From Yuukianura sp. NJ FZ-2021 (taxonomy: Eukaryota): a stretch of DNA of 64,000 nt. The stretch is taken from contig JAJCTO010000011.1 in assembly GCA_046563655.1 (NCBI GenBank), positions 496,001 to 560,000 of the forward strand, read 5' to 3'. Below the pieces are notes generated by a model that saw nothing but the letters and a program-made list of their open reading frames with translations, searched no databases and had not been told where the DNA came from. Both the position numbers and the translations under genes were made by a program. This document shows positions 1 through 11,236 of this stretch, piece after piece (the first letter of the stretch is position 1; every line of letters begins with the position of its first letter).

Positions 1-72
1 TGTCAACAGATCCAATAACTGTGAAACTAGTGTTGGAATCTCTGAGAATGAGTCGGAAGTATTTGGCAGAAC

Positions 73-3000
73 ATGATGCATTTGAATGCGGTGAAGGTGT
101 CGACGAGAGATTTTTTCGCAAATGTGAAGCAATCATCACATGAAGTCATCCAAGAAGACATCTCCAGATGGAAGAACCTAAGGATATTTTTTACCTTGGG
201 GTGTCACTTCACAAAGACACACGCAGATGGAACAGTTGAATCAAAAGATGCTGGATTCACATCATTTCGACACCTTGTCTTCAATGCAAACATGCTACCT
301 AAAGTTTGGTCAATCATGTGCAACCAAATGTCAGATCAAATTGAAGACTTCACAAATGAAGGAAGCCGCTGGACTCTGGATTCTATTTTGAAATTTGGAT
401 TTGTCACTTCAAAGTATCAATTCACCAAGATTGGTACATACATGGATACCCCATACCCACTATCGACTCAAAAAGTTCTTCTTAACATCAACTACAGCAA
501 AGTGTCAATTGACGATTCCCACAATAAATGCTTCGTCTGGTCAGTGCTCGCTCATGACAAAATCGGTGGCATACCGGTTGGGAAAAACAATCATAGGTGC
601 CGCATTGACAAGCTAGAGAAAACATACCAGCCACATGAATACAAGTTGAACACTAAAGGACTCCATTTTCCGATGACTTTGGAGCAGATCCCTCACTTTG
701 AAGAACTCAACCCGAACATTTCTATAACCGTTCTCGGCTATGACATGGATGGTGATGATATGATTTTACAGAAGCTGAGCAAAATTGAATCATTTAATTT
801 TATACAAAGCAAGATTTCATTACTGTACAATTCCCAACAGTCGAAAGACATACATGTGGACTTGATGTGTCTAATGCAAGGAAACAACGCACACTTCGTC
901 CTGATTCGAAACCTTGAAGCCTTAATGAGAGCACCAAATGATCACAAAGTCAAGCATATTTGTCGCAACTGTCTGTCAAATTTTCGAACAATTCAAACCC
1001 TGGAAGAGCACATCAAGTATTGCGCCTCGCTGGATCTTCAGAAAGTTGTATATCCAACTGACAATAAATTGACTTTCAACAAGTGGGCCAGAACTCAGCC
1101 TGTACCATTTCGATTCTACGCTGACTTTGAAGCTTTCCTGCCAAAGTTCAATCCCTCAACTATAGAAGAGGAGGAGCGCCGACAACTCAAAGAAGAAATA
1201 CGCGGAAGACCAGTTCAACCTGTGAATAAGTGTTGCACTCACCTACACAAGCCATGCGGATATGCATGGGTTTGCGTAGACTTCAATGGAAAGCGCAGGC
1301 ATGGTGAATATTATCATATCACTAACGATGACGAAGACGTTGCTGCCAAATTTATTCAGAGCATTACTGAGTACTCTAAAACACTGGAAGAGGAAGTGCG
1401 TTACTATGAAAAAATTGCACCAGATATGCTTAATCTGACTCCAGCACAAAGAAGTGCTGCTGCGCTTGAAAAAAAATGTTGTTTCTGCAAGAAGACATTG
1501 GATGGGACTAAAGTGCGACACCATTCACATCTTCCACCGTTCAACTATATCGGAATGGCTCATCAAGACTGCAACCTGCAAGCGCAAATCAAAAAGGAGT
1601 TTCCCGTCTTCATGCACAACTTCTCCTCGTACGATGTGCACTTCATTGTGCAATCTGCTGGAAAGCTAAAGCAGGACGGTATCATCAAGGATATCACTGT
1701 AATCCCTAAGAGCAGTGAAAAATATATGTCCATGAGTATCGTTCCCGCATACCACGATGATGTCGATGAGGACGAAGAACCACCTCGCTGGCAGAAGAAG
1801 CCCTTCAAGCTGAGGTTTACAGACAGTCTTGGATTTACACTGAAATCCTTGGACAAATTAGTGAAAGTGATGCGAGCTGATCCCAATGCCAAATTTCCAA
1901 TCACAAGACAGGAGTTTGCACAAAACGATGACATTGAGCTTCTCTTCAATAAGGGTGTTTACCCTTATTCTCTCATGAAGTCTTGTAAAGATTTCAAAAT
2001 CAAAAATCTACCACCAAAAGAAGATTTCTACAATGACTTGACAGAGTCACACATTGACGATAAATTGTACGAGCACGCTCAAAAAGTCTGGAAGAACTTC
2101 AACATTCAAGACATGGGAGATTGGCATGACTTATACGTCAGACTAGATGTATCGCTTCTGGCTGATGTGATGGAAGGAATCCGAAAAATAATGTTTGATG
2201 CTTACGAATTGGACCTGGCCCATTACTTCTCTTTACCAATGATGGCAATGGATTGCGTTCTCAAGAAATCAGGAGTGGAATTGGAGCTAATCACGGATCC
2301 AACCATGCATTGCTGGCTGGAGCATGCTATTAGAGGTAAAACCTAGAAGACAAATGGTAGGCATTTTCTAATTCATTTTATTTATAGGTGGATACGTTAG
2401 CGTTGGATCCATGCGAGAGGCTAGAGCGAACAACAAGTACATGGGAGATGAATACGATCCAGAAAAGGAATCCAGTTACCTCATCTACATCGATGCCAAC
2501 AACTTATATGTAAGTATTCAACAACGTCTATGAAAGATTATTATCTAAAATTTAATTATTCACTAGGGCAAAAGCATGAGTCTTCCGCTTCCAACTGGTC
2601 AGTTCCAATGGCTAACAGAGAAAGAGCTGAGGAGACTTCAAGAAAACCACTTCATCATGGACGATGAAAAAGGATACATGCTTGAAGTGGATTTGGAAAT
2701 TGACCCTTTATTGCATGACAAGCTGAATGATTTTCCTCCAGCTCCAGTTAACCGTACGGTTGCACAGAGCGAGCTGTCCAGTCACCAATTACAATTGACG
2801 GAAAAACTCGACATAGGTCCTGGAATTTTCAAAGTTAAGAAACTTGTGGCAGATCTAAACAATAAGAAAAACTATATTCTACATCACGCCATTTTGATGG
2901 AGTACCTGAAGCTTGGAGTTAAAGTTACAAAACTTCACCGCGGAATTTCCTTCAAGCAGAGACCATGGATGAAGGACTTTATCGACTTTAACACCGAAAT

Positions 3001-3972
3001 GAGAAAAAAGGCAAAGTCAGACTTTGAAAAGGATTATTGGAAACTCCTCAACAATTCTGCATTTGGTAAAACAATCGAACAAGTACGCAAGCGTCAGAAT
3101 GTCCGTATCGTTACATCAATGGAAGAAGCTCTACGTTACAACAAGAAACCCACCGTCCAGAATGTCATCCCAATTAACGAGTCAACAATCATCTTTATGA
3201 TGAAGAGACTTCAAGTTACTTTGAACAAACCGATATTTACGGGGGTAACAGTGCTTGAACTGGCAAAGAGCATCATGTATCGACATCACTACACTATACA
3301 GGCGAAGTATGGCATCAACAAGTGCCGCCTTATTTATACTGATACAGGTAAAAGGCGATATTAACCTAGTTAACTTTAAACTAACTTTATCTCACTAACA
3401 ATAAACTAATTTAAAACTTTATTTCAGATTCGTTCATCTATCACATCCAAACTGATGACGTTTATCAAGACATGCTCCAAGACAAGGACTTGTATGACAT
3501 GAGCGAATATGAATCCGATCACCCCATTTTCGGAGAGTTTCACGATCCCACAAACAAAAAAGTTTTGGGAAAATTCAAAGATGAGGCTGCCGGTTCGGTA
3601 GTCACTCATGTCGTTTGTCCACGTCCAAAAATGTACACCATTAGATCCTTAAAGCTACAAGTTTACAAAGGATTTGATGGAAAAAATATTTACCAAAAGA
3701 AGACTGATGGTAGCTGGTTCATCAAAGACGAATACACGAAGAAGGTCAAAGGGATAACTAAAACAGCTGTCAACAACCAAATAGCTTATGAAGATTTCGA
3801 GAAAGTCCTCAAGGAAGATGTTCAAACTCGTGTATGGATGAGAGGGTTTAGAAGTGTAGAACATAGAATTTTCACAGAAGTAACGTTAAAAAGGGCGTTA
3901 AACGGTTTAGATACTAAACGATATGGTATTGATAGAATTAACACATTAGCATTTGGACATAGAGACATTTAA
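73..3972 (+). CDS. Protein-primed family B DNA polymerase (pPolB), 4 exons: 73-2335, 2388-2509, 2567-3347, 3428-3972
   Basis: Exo motifs YADFE, HNFSSYD, YVRLDV; splicing GT-AG introns 2336-2387, 2510-2566 and 3348-3427 restores IRGG, DANNLYG (motif A) and YTDTDS (motif C) in one frame with KLLNNSAFGK (motif B); zinc-finger HICRNC..HIKYC and EndoVII-like CCFC..RHHSH..AHQDCNL insert. Confidence 0.93.
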
Positions 3973-4883
3973 TAATTTATTTTGACAAGTTGATTTTCAT
4001 ACCATCCTCCTAAGATTGGCACGCCTTCAGGATCTTCTAACATGTAAACTCTAGGAATTGTTTCTCGAATTTTTACAATTGTGTAAACTTCATCATAATA
4101 GTTGGGTGTATAACCCTTCTCAAATGTCTTCTTTTTCCTAGCCGCTAAAACCCTATCTCCAACAGAAAATTTAGGCGGCGTGTAATCAACTGGCTTTTCA
4201 GGATACAGATAACTATGTACTAGTTGTTCATTATCTTTAGTAACATTGTTCGGTGCCATCTTTATACTTCTATGATAAGTGTTATTGTATAGCTTTTCAA
4301 AATCATGAAGCCTGTTGACAAATCTCTTTGTCTTGTTATGTGTCATGTAACGCTGAATCTTTGAAAACAGGGTTCGAATAAATCGTTCTATCACAACACT
4401 TTTGAGAGGCGAATGTGTCCAAAACAAGTCGATTCCTTTCTTCTTCAAATAATTTTTCATAGTCTGATTGAGAAATTCTGTTCCTTCATCTACACTGATT
4501 CTCTTCGGAAGAGAGCCGCCTCGTTGAAATATCTTCTTCAAGGCATTGGTGACAATAACGCCAGTTTTCCGTGGTATGGCTTCAATCCAGGCTTTCTTTG
4601 AAAATACGTCTATAACAACCAGTAGATATTTTTTCTTAAAGTTGGCTGTTGAATGTTTCCGGATGTCCTTTAAATCCATAGAGTATTGTTCGTGTATCCC
4701 GCTAACCATCACCTTCCTCCGTGGAAACCGCCGTATGACTGGGTGATGTAGAGTATACGCAGGAATCTTCTTCAGCTCACGCCTCACTTTTTCCTTGGAA
4801 CCTTTTGGATTAAAATTTGACACGCCACTAAAGCTCCCAGGATTTTTCAAGCTCGTCCAACTTGTTGCTATATTGCTTGCCAT
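3969..4883 (-). CDS. Polinton retroviral-like (RVE) integrase
   Basis: YTLH..RRFPRR, MDLKD, IDVFSK, DEGTEF, IERFIRTL, YNNTYHRSIKMAP, FEKGY motifs; ATG at 4883 preferred (ORF track extends to 4934); stop overlaps the pPolB stop in TTAA. Confidence 0.93.
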   Translation of the reverse strand: MASNIATSWTSLKNPGSFSGVSNFNPKGSKEKVRRELKKIPAYTLHHPVIRRFPRRKVMVSGIHEQYSMDLKDIRKHSTANFKKKYLLVVIDVFSKKAWIEAIPRKTGVIVTNALKKIFQRGGSLPKRISVDEGTEFLNQTMKNYLKKKGIDLFWTHSPLKSVVIERFIRTLFSKIQRYMTHNKTKRFVNRLHDFEKLYNNTYHRSIKMAPNNVTKDNEQLVHSYLYPEKPVDYTPPKFSVGDRVLAARKKKTFEKGYTPNYYDEVYTIVKIRETIPRVYMLEDPEGVPILGGWYENQLVKINY

Positions 4884-4946
4884 TTTCAAACTGAATAAAT
4901 TCAGACTCTTCCGCCTATTATATTCAGTTGTCATCCAGCCTTCAAG
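4884..4946. promoter_or_regulatory. Compact divergent promoter between integrase and ATPase
   Basis: Minus strand TATAAT (4922-4917) with TCAGT (4894-4890); plus strand AATAAAT (4894-4900) with TCAGT (4924-4928); about 30-bp spacing in both directions. Confidence 0.5.
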
Positions 4947-5594
4947 ATGGAATATGACTATCGTCTACACCACCCATTTGTAATGACTTGCGCTGGTCCT
5001 ACACAGTGCGGAAAGAGCACCCTGATAAAGGACTTGATACTACGAAAGGATGAAATAATTCATCCTCACATTGAACGAGTGTTGTATTGCTACAATGAAG
5101 ATGAGCCTCCTTTTGCAGAAGAGTTAAAGACTGCGTTGGGAGATGCAATACACTTTCAAAAAGGTCTACTCGTTGATGTACCTGAAGGAAACACCATTCC
5201 AACATTAGTGATTTTGGACGACTTTATGGAGGAGGCCTCACAATCCAAAGACGTTTGCTCAATGTGCACCAGAGGATCCAGCCATAGATCGATGTCCATT
5301 ATAATTACACTCCAAAACTTTTTCTACAAGAATTGTCGAACGCTCACTCTCAACAGCAAGTACATAACGCTATTCCGGAATCCAAGAGACACGAGCATAA
5401 TCAACCACCTAAGTCGTCAGATGAATGGAGGAAAGGAGGGAATTTTGCGAACGGTCTATGAAGAACTCACAAGGAATAACCCGAACAGCTACATACATTT
5501 GGACATGTCTCAACAACAGAATGACGATCATCGAATCCGTTCAAATATATTTCCAGAATTGTGTACTGTTTATTCAACTTCGAAATTGTATTAG
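4947..5594 (+). CDS. A32/FtsK-like genome packaging ATPase
   Basis: Walker A GPTQCGKS, Walker B VILDD, HRSMSIIITLQN and LNSKYITLFRNPRD motifs. Confidence 0.92.
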   Translation: MEYDYRLHHPFVMTCAGPTQCGKSTLIKDLILRKDEIIHPHIERVLYCYNEDEPPFAEELKTALGDAIHFQKGLLVDVPEGNTIPTLVILDDFMEEASQSKDVCSMCTRGSSHRSMSIIITLQNFFYKNCRTLTLNSKYITLFRNPRDTSIINHLSRQMNGGKEGILRTVYEELTRNNPNSYIHLDMSQQQNDDHRIRSNIFPELCTVYSTSKLY

Positions 5595-5914
5595 TAGTAC
5601 TTTTTAAGTTCTAACATACTATGCAACAAGCAGCCGAATAAATCAATCTTCATTGCGATTCCAATACTTGAGTCTTCAATATTCCTAATGTGGGTAGGGC
5701 TGGACGAGACAATTCCCACTTCATCACCAAAGTAAATTGACCATCCTCCCTCCATCAGGATTTGGGGCTTCGGGGGCGACCCTCGAGCTGAACGTTGAAC
5801 GTGAAGCACAGTTGGCGTGCTCACAATATCCTTCTTCTTCTTCTTTTTTTGCATGATTTCCAACAAGTCCTGATAGACGTCCTCCCCAATTGCGTCTTGA
5901 CCATTTTCGTCTTC
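5591..5914 (-). CDS. Hypothetical Polinton protein (start uncertain; ORF track extends to 6034)
   Basis: ORF fills the gap between ATPase and the next gene; stop overlaps the ATPase stop; acidic start followed by a poly-K run; no recognisable motif. Confidence 0.35.
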   Translation of the reverse strand, partial: EDENGQDAIGEDVYQDLLEIMQKKKKKKDIVSTPTVLHVQRSARGSPPKPQILMEGGWSIYFGDEVGIVSSSPTHIRNIEDSSIGIAMKIDLFGCLLHSMLELKKYY

Positions 5915-6113
5915 CATTTTGTTTATTTCGACGTTGAAGGAGCAGTTTTGACAAACCGAAAACTCACTGTTGTTTTTCAGCAGAGAACACAAATAGGATC
6001 CAAAGCTAGCAATGCAACCCATTCGACTGGCCAAGTGAGACTGAGAAATTTCTTTATATACCCGAGCAATTAAATTGTACTGTCAGTCGTAATCTAGTCG
6101 GTAATGCGTCACC

Positions 6114-6461
6114 ATGCCTAGCCGGATGCTCTCGAATAAACACTTTCTAAAATATTTAGCAAAGTGTGGACCAAAGCAGAGAAAGGCTCTTTTACAAACC
6201 GCTAGCCCAGAGGAACTTACCAGCATTTGTGAACTCATCTACAACGTGTATCGAAAGAACGTTCCGGTCACGCCATCTGTCCTGGAAAAGTTAAGGAAGT
6301 TTGAAAGACCGATACGGACGATAGGCACAAAGCCGAGCTTATCAGTGGATCTTAAACGAAAGCTCTTGAGCCAGAGAGGAGGAGCTATTTTACCTCTCAT
6401 ACTTGGTTCGCTATTGCCGGCAGCTTTCTCGCTCGTGAAGAAGAAACTCCTGAATCAGTAA
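6114..6461 (+). CDS. Conserved small Polinton virion protein with QxGG protease site and C-terminal hydrophobic helix
   Basis: KQRKALL..ICELIYNV..LSQRGGAILPLILGSLL pattern typical of Polinton small ORFs; upstream TATATA (6055) and TCAGT (6083). Confidence 0.7.
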   Translation: MPSRMLSNKHFLKYLAKCGPKQRKALLQTASPEELTSICELIYNVYRKNVPVTPSVLEKLRKFERPIRTIGTKPSLSVDLKRKLLSQRGGAILPLILGSLLPAAFSLVKKKLLNQ

Positions 6462-6462
6462 T

Positions 6463-7181
6463 ATGCGTCGTATGCGGTTAATACCTGAGGCTGAATATCT
6501 GCAGTGGAAAGGAAGTCCTAAGACAAAACTGGGAGAAATACTAGCGACTGATGTTCCTACGGAGATCAAAAATCTTTTTTATCAGGATCAATTGCGGCGA
6601 CAACTCCAAACAGCTAAAGCTGACAGTCAGAAGCCTCTTCTTGTTAAGGATGTAACAAAGGTGTCAAGCGCTAGTTCGAGCGAAGATGACATTTTTCTGG
6701 AACTATCAAAACCGTATATCCTCAAAGAAATATCACAGAGAAAATTTTAAATCTTATGAAGTTAGCCCGTATAAAATACAACGAGAAGTTTGAAATTATC
6801 ATTGATGGAGTGAGATATCCAGGATCGAGCATAATCCAAATCTTACAACACATTATCAAAATTGAAGACAGGGCACAATACATTACACCCTTTGGAATGG
6901 AGGATGCTGTAGATGTTATTCTGTCTACCGTGGAGAATATTCCAAGAGAAATGCGTGCGTATCTGGAACTTGAAAAAGGAGAAACTACACCGACTACAGA
7001 GGAGTACACTACACCGGCACATTCGTTCTCTCCTGTACCTACAGAACCACTTCATCGCTCTCAATATGTTAACATGAAGCGAAGACTACGTCGAAGTCTC
7101 AACATGAATGCCGCTGTACTAGATGACACACCAGCAATGAAACGAGTACGGCAAGACGGTGGACGGTGGTTGTCTATATAA
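6463..7181 (+). pseudogene. Conserved Polinton ORF split by a frameshift (6463-6750 and 6756-7181)
   Basis: Start MRRMRLIPE and downstream EIIIDG..YPGSSI motif, which I recall co-occurring in one Polinton protein; the second frame is open upstream of its ATG and overlaps the first. Confidence 0.5.
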
Positions 7182-7227
7182 TTACGAAACACTGTAATAA
7201 ATCATCAGTCGTGTTCAAGTTGTCAAC

Positions 7228-9023
7228 ATGGTTCAATCCTTTTATGTTACTCTTCAGTCAAACGCGTCAACAAAGATTTATGAAGACAATACTATTCCAG
7301 AGTTTAAAAATAGGCTTGGGACTTTTATATCCCTCCCACCTGGACGATGGGAGGTCGCTATGACAGACATTAGCTACACCGCCGGCTTGGCCATTATAAG
7401 TAAAGACGAATTGCTGTTTACGAGAAGATGGGAGCTGAACTCTGTTACTGAAACTGATCTGCGAAGCAAAACAGATGTTACAACCCAGGACGAAATGCTC
7501 GATGTTCTCAGGACTGCTCTTCCAAATTCGACATTTTCAATCAACAACAACGTATTAGAATATAGCATCGAGTTGAGTAGTATTAGAATATAGCATCGAG
7601 TTGAGTAGTATTAGAATATAGCATCGAGTTGAGTAACCCAAAAGAAGTCATCATAGTGACCGAAAAAATCAAGGACTTGTTGGGCTTGCCTAGTGAGAAG
7701 TTGACAAGTAGCCGATCACATCGCCAATATATACAACATGAGCAAGCACCACAACAACTCCAAATTCGAGATGGAAATGGAATTCATTTCTTTGAGGCAG
7801 CAAAACGTACAAAAACTGGATTCAATAAAGTGCGAGCTAATTCGCTCTCTAGCTTTTTCACCCCGATGAATGTATTGTTACTACACAATGGCATTCAACT
7901 GGAGAGCAAGACTGGTACAATCATCATGCGCATGTACAGTCAACAGTACAGAAAGGTGGAAATATATCCAAAGGATTTTGCCAACCTCTTGGGTTTCTCA
8001 GAAAATGAGTTTCTGCTGACTCAAGATTATACAGCCGAACGGGAATTCAACGTTAAAGACTTCAATAATTATGAAGGATCTGTCGCCTTCTTGTTTTCAA
8101 GCCCGAGGAAATCAAAAAAATACGAGGTCCATAGTTCCGCAGTGGCCAACATTGAAGACCTGGTGAACACTATAAACAATATATGCAGAAGTAGCGATAT
8201 TCCCATCTACATATTCATCAATCAAAACACCGTGAGAATTCTTTGGAAAGGAACTTCTAAAATGCAAGCCTTCTTCACACCAGAAATTAACCGACTATTT
8301 GGAATTCCACAAACTACGGTTTTCCGAGAAGCTAAAGAATACATCTACAATTTACCGGAAGGAACTATATACAAGTCAATGAGAGAACCAATTGCCCTTT
8401 CGCAAACTAGCAATGCGATTCGACCGACTGCTGATGAAGTTCAACCAGTTCCATCTGAGAAAATTCCTGAAATTAGACCAGTTAAACCCGACAAGCCAGT
8501 TCAATCTAATCTTGAGGAAATTGAACCAGTCTCAAAACCTGTGTCCATACACGAAGAAAATCAACCAGTGGTAAATCCTGGGGAAAATCCACTGTATGAA
8601 GTAAGAAAAACCTCCAAAGAAATTACAGAGGAATCTTCAATTGACAAGACAACTGAAGCAGAGTCCTCCCCCAGTGAAGATGAAGAGGAATCTCCGGTCA
8701 AGGTTTCTGGTCTTCATAAGTGCGAAGGTGTAGGGGCTTACCCTATATTCCTTACAGCGGGAAATACCAAATTATTTGTTTATTGTAATTTGGTCAGACC
8801 TCAGTATATTGGAGATAGATTAGCCCCTTGTCTTCGTGTGGTACCCTACAGTGGAAACAATCGTGAACAACAACATCATGAATTTATACATCCTCATTTT
8901 ATGGAGCTTGCCTTATCAGAATTCGACACAGTGCACGTGTATATATTAAACGAAAGTGGTGAAAGAATGCCATTACAGTTTGGAAGTGTGACGGTGACAC
9001 TACAATTTCGAGAAAAAGAATGA
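7228..9023 (+). pseudogene. Minor capsid protein (penton) with a large central insertion, frameshifted by a tandem triplication
   Basis: N-terminal FYVTLQSNAS..NT..F..L..WEVA and C-terminal LFVYCNLV..QYIGD..PCLR..VTVTLQFR; removing two 28-bp copies gives one 579-aa ORF; upstream TATATAA (7175) and TCAGT (7205). Confidence 0.85.
7552..7635 (+). repeat. 3 x 28-bp perfect tandem repeat GTATTAGAATATAGCATCGAGTTGAGTA
   Basis: Read directly; copies start at 7552, 7580 and 7608. Confidence 0.95.
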
Positions 9024-9367
9024 ATTATCACTTGCAAAACGGAGGAGCATTTGACGACGGACGTCTGTATTTTGCCGGCATCCGAAGACAACGAGGTGGA
9101 GGTCTTGGTGGTGTCTTTGGTAGCGTAGCTCGCTATCTTGTACCATTCTTGAAAAAATTTATTCTACCACATGCAACATCTGCAATTACCAGTATTGCCA
9201 CCGACATGGTTGCAAAGAAGCAACCACTTTCCTCTGCGATAAAGGAACATGGACGGGAAGCTTTAAAAAGAGTTGGATCACAGATTATGGATCAGTCTGG
9301 TTCTGGGAAGCGAAGGAAGCGCAATCAGAAAAGGAAGCGGAAAACTGACGGAAAGTTTCTGTTCTAA
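9020..9367 (+). CDS. Basic core / membrane-active virion protein with adenain-type cleavage motifs
   Basis: QNGG, QRGGG and QSGSG motifs, amphipathic LGGVFGSVARYLVPFLKK, K/R-rich tail; lies between penton and major capsid. Confidence 0.75.
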   Translation: MNYHLQNGGAFDDGRLYFAGIRRQRGGGLGGVFGSVARYLVPFLKKFILPHATSAITSIATDMVAKKQPLSSAIKEHGREALKRVGSQIMDQSGSGKRRKRNQKRKRKTDGKFLF

Positions 9368-9368
9368 A

Positions 9369-10706
9369 ATGCCACGCCGAGTAAAACTAGCAAGTGCACC
9401 ATCCACACTACCGTTTACATTCATCCGTTCAGAGACACAACTGTTTCAAGAGCCACACTACGATGTCAGCTTGGTTTCAACACACTCGTCAGAGCATTAT
9501 CCAATCACGTCAATTAGTGATCAAACATCACCCTTGGAATTCTTCATTCAATCAAACGATGTTCAGTTTATCGATTTGAGCGAAACAAAGCTTTACGTTA
9601 AAGCCAAAGTGGTCAAACCAGATGGAAGTCAACTCGAAGAAGCAACAGTTGTGGGAACAGTTAACAACTTTTTGCATTCAATGTTTCAACAAGCAGCCAT
9701 CTATCTGAACGAAGTCTTGGTTACACCAGCAACAAACCATTATGCATACAGAAGCTATTTGGACACTCTACTTTCTTACAACAGAGAGTATAAAAAGTCA
9801 CAAGCTCAATGTGCCTTGTACTATCGTGAAAACGATCCAGCATCTGTTCTTACCACCGACGAAGATGGCTTCAGTGAACGCTACAAAGTGACAAAGGGAA
9901 GTCAAGTGTTTGAAATGATTGGTCGCCCGTTTTGCGACTTGTTTCTTCAAAACAAATACTTGATCCCTGGTATTGATATGCGGGTATCATTCGCAAGATC
10001 GCCAACTGCCTTTTGCCTGTTTACTGGACAAACGACAAGTGCAACGGTTCGGATTGTTGAAGCCAAGCTTTTGATCAAAAAGCATGTTCTTCTGCCTACA
10101 CTATTGAATGCAACAATTTCAGCGCTCCATGCTGGAAATCCTGCAACATATCCAATGAAACGTGTGGAACTCAAAGCCTATTCTATTGCTACGGGAGCTA
10201 CCAACGATGTGAATGACACTGTGCTAAGCGGATTACTACCAGATCGAATTGTTGTGGGATTAGTTTCCTCAAAAGCCTACAGCGGAGATATAAAGAGGAA
10301 CCCATTTCGATTTCAAGATTTCAACCTCAATCGTGTGGAAGTTGCTATAAATGGAGACAACACAACGTATCTACCTCTTCAATTGGATTTCAGTCAAAAT
10401 CAATACATTCAACTCTACAACAACCTGTTTGAAGGACTCGGAGTTTCGAATGAAGACGTTGGCTTGGATATCACACGGGAAACATTTAAGAGACATCCTC
10501 TGCTAGTTTACAATCTTCGACACATTCGAGATGGATTTGCGCTCCCCAAGTACGGAAATGTGAAGATTGATCTGGCATTTAAAGAAGCTCTAACCGAGTC
10601 TGTCACGGTTATCGTCTATGCTGAGTATCAATCAGTGTTGTATATTGATAAAAGCAAGAACGCCTACTTCAAAGATTTTCCAAACTCTCCAGCAATCGAA
10701 GTATGA
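9369..10706 (+). CDS. Major capsid protein (double jelly-roll)
   Basis: PLEFFI..FIDLSETKLYVK, NNFLHSMFQQ, YAYRSYLDTLL, QNKYLIPGIDMR, NPFRFQDF motifs; ATG at 9369 directly after the previous stop. Confidence 0.9.
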   Translation: MPRRVKLASAPSTLPFTFIRSETQLFQEPHYDVSLVSTHSSEHYPITSISDQTSPLEFFIQSNDVQFIDLSETKLYVKAKVVKPDGSQLEEATVVGTVNNFLHSMFQQAAIYLNEVLVTPATNHYAYRSYLDTLLSYNREYKKSQAQCALYYRENDPASVLTTDEDGFSERYKVTKGSQVFEMIGRPFCDLFLQNKYLIPGIDMRVSFARSPTAFCLFTGQTTSATVRIVEAKLLIKKHVLLPTLLNATISALHAGNPATYPMKRVELKAYSIATGATNDVNDTVLSGLLPDRIVVGLVSSKAYSGDIKRNPFRFQDFNLNRVEVAINGDNTTYLPLQLDFSQNQYIQLYNNLFEGLGVSNEDVGLDITRETFKRHPLLVYNLRHIRDGFALPKYGNVKIDLAFKEALTESVTVIVYAEYQSVLYIDKSKNAYFKDFPNSPAIEV

Positions 10707-11227
10707 ACACCGAAGAAATTTATGGATACCTGAACTGCTTCTTGTCAGATAATAGTTGTACATTTAATGTAATACCCTGTGACTTGCTTGTAAATTTAAA
10801 AATTCAAAAATACCCATTGTATTTAGTTTGTAATTCTGATGTTAGCTCTAAACCAGGGCAGCACTGGCTTGCACTTTACCAGGCGGAAAAATCATGTCCT
10901 ATCATTTTCATAGATTCCTATGGAAGAGGAATCGAAAGCTACAATGAAGTATTTAGAAACTTTGTGAATATTAATTCTTCAAAACTTATTGATTCGGATA
11001 GAATTCTACAGAGCATCACCAGCGATGTTTGTGGTCACTATACAATTTACTTTCTTCATAAGCTATTTAAAGAAAATGGATGTATTGGAAATATGTATAG
11101 AAACTTTACAAATGATACTGTAGCAAATGATAAAATTGTTGTAAACTTTGTAAAGAAAAGAATTTGTAGACTTGGCTCTGTATTTCCACGCACTGTTCAG
11201 TGCTGCAAAAAATTTTGTGAACAATAA
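10703..11227 (+). CDS. Adenain-like cysteine maturation protease
   Basis: NSD..KPGQHW, FIDSYG and LQ..SDVCGHY catalytic motifs. Confidence 0.93.
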   Translation: MNTEEIYGYLNCFLSDNSCTFNVIPCDLLVNLKIQKYPLYLVCNSDVSSKPGQHWLALYQAEKSCPIIFIDSYGRGIESYNEVFRNFVNINSSKLIDSDRILQSITSDVCGHYTIYFLHKLFKENGCIGNMYRNFTNDTVANDKIVVNFVKKRICRLGSVFPRTVQCCKKFCEQ

Positions 11228-11236
11228 ACTTTTATT
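11223..11236. terminator. Back-to-back poly(A) signals for convergent genes
   Basis: AATAAA on plus (11223-11228) and on minus (11236-11231), each overlapping a stop codon. Confidence 0.6.

Noticed and set aside
1..143. Open frames upstream of and overlapping the pPolB start
   Set aside because: Cut by the window edge; cannot tell an upstream gene from a further exon or chance
7552..7635. Triplication removed as a new intron
   Set aside because: The unit lacks AGGT, so no exact 56-nt GT-AG excision exists; alternative sites are weak
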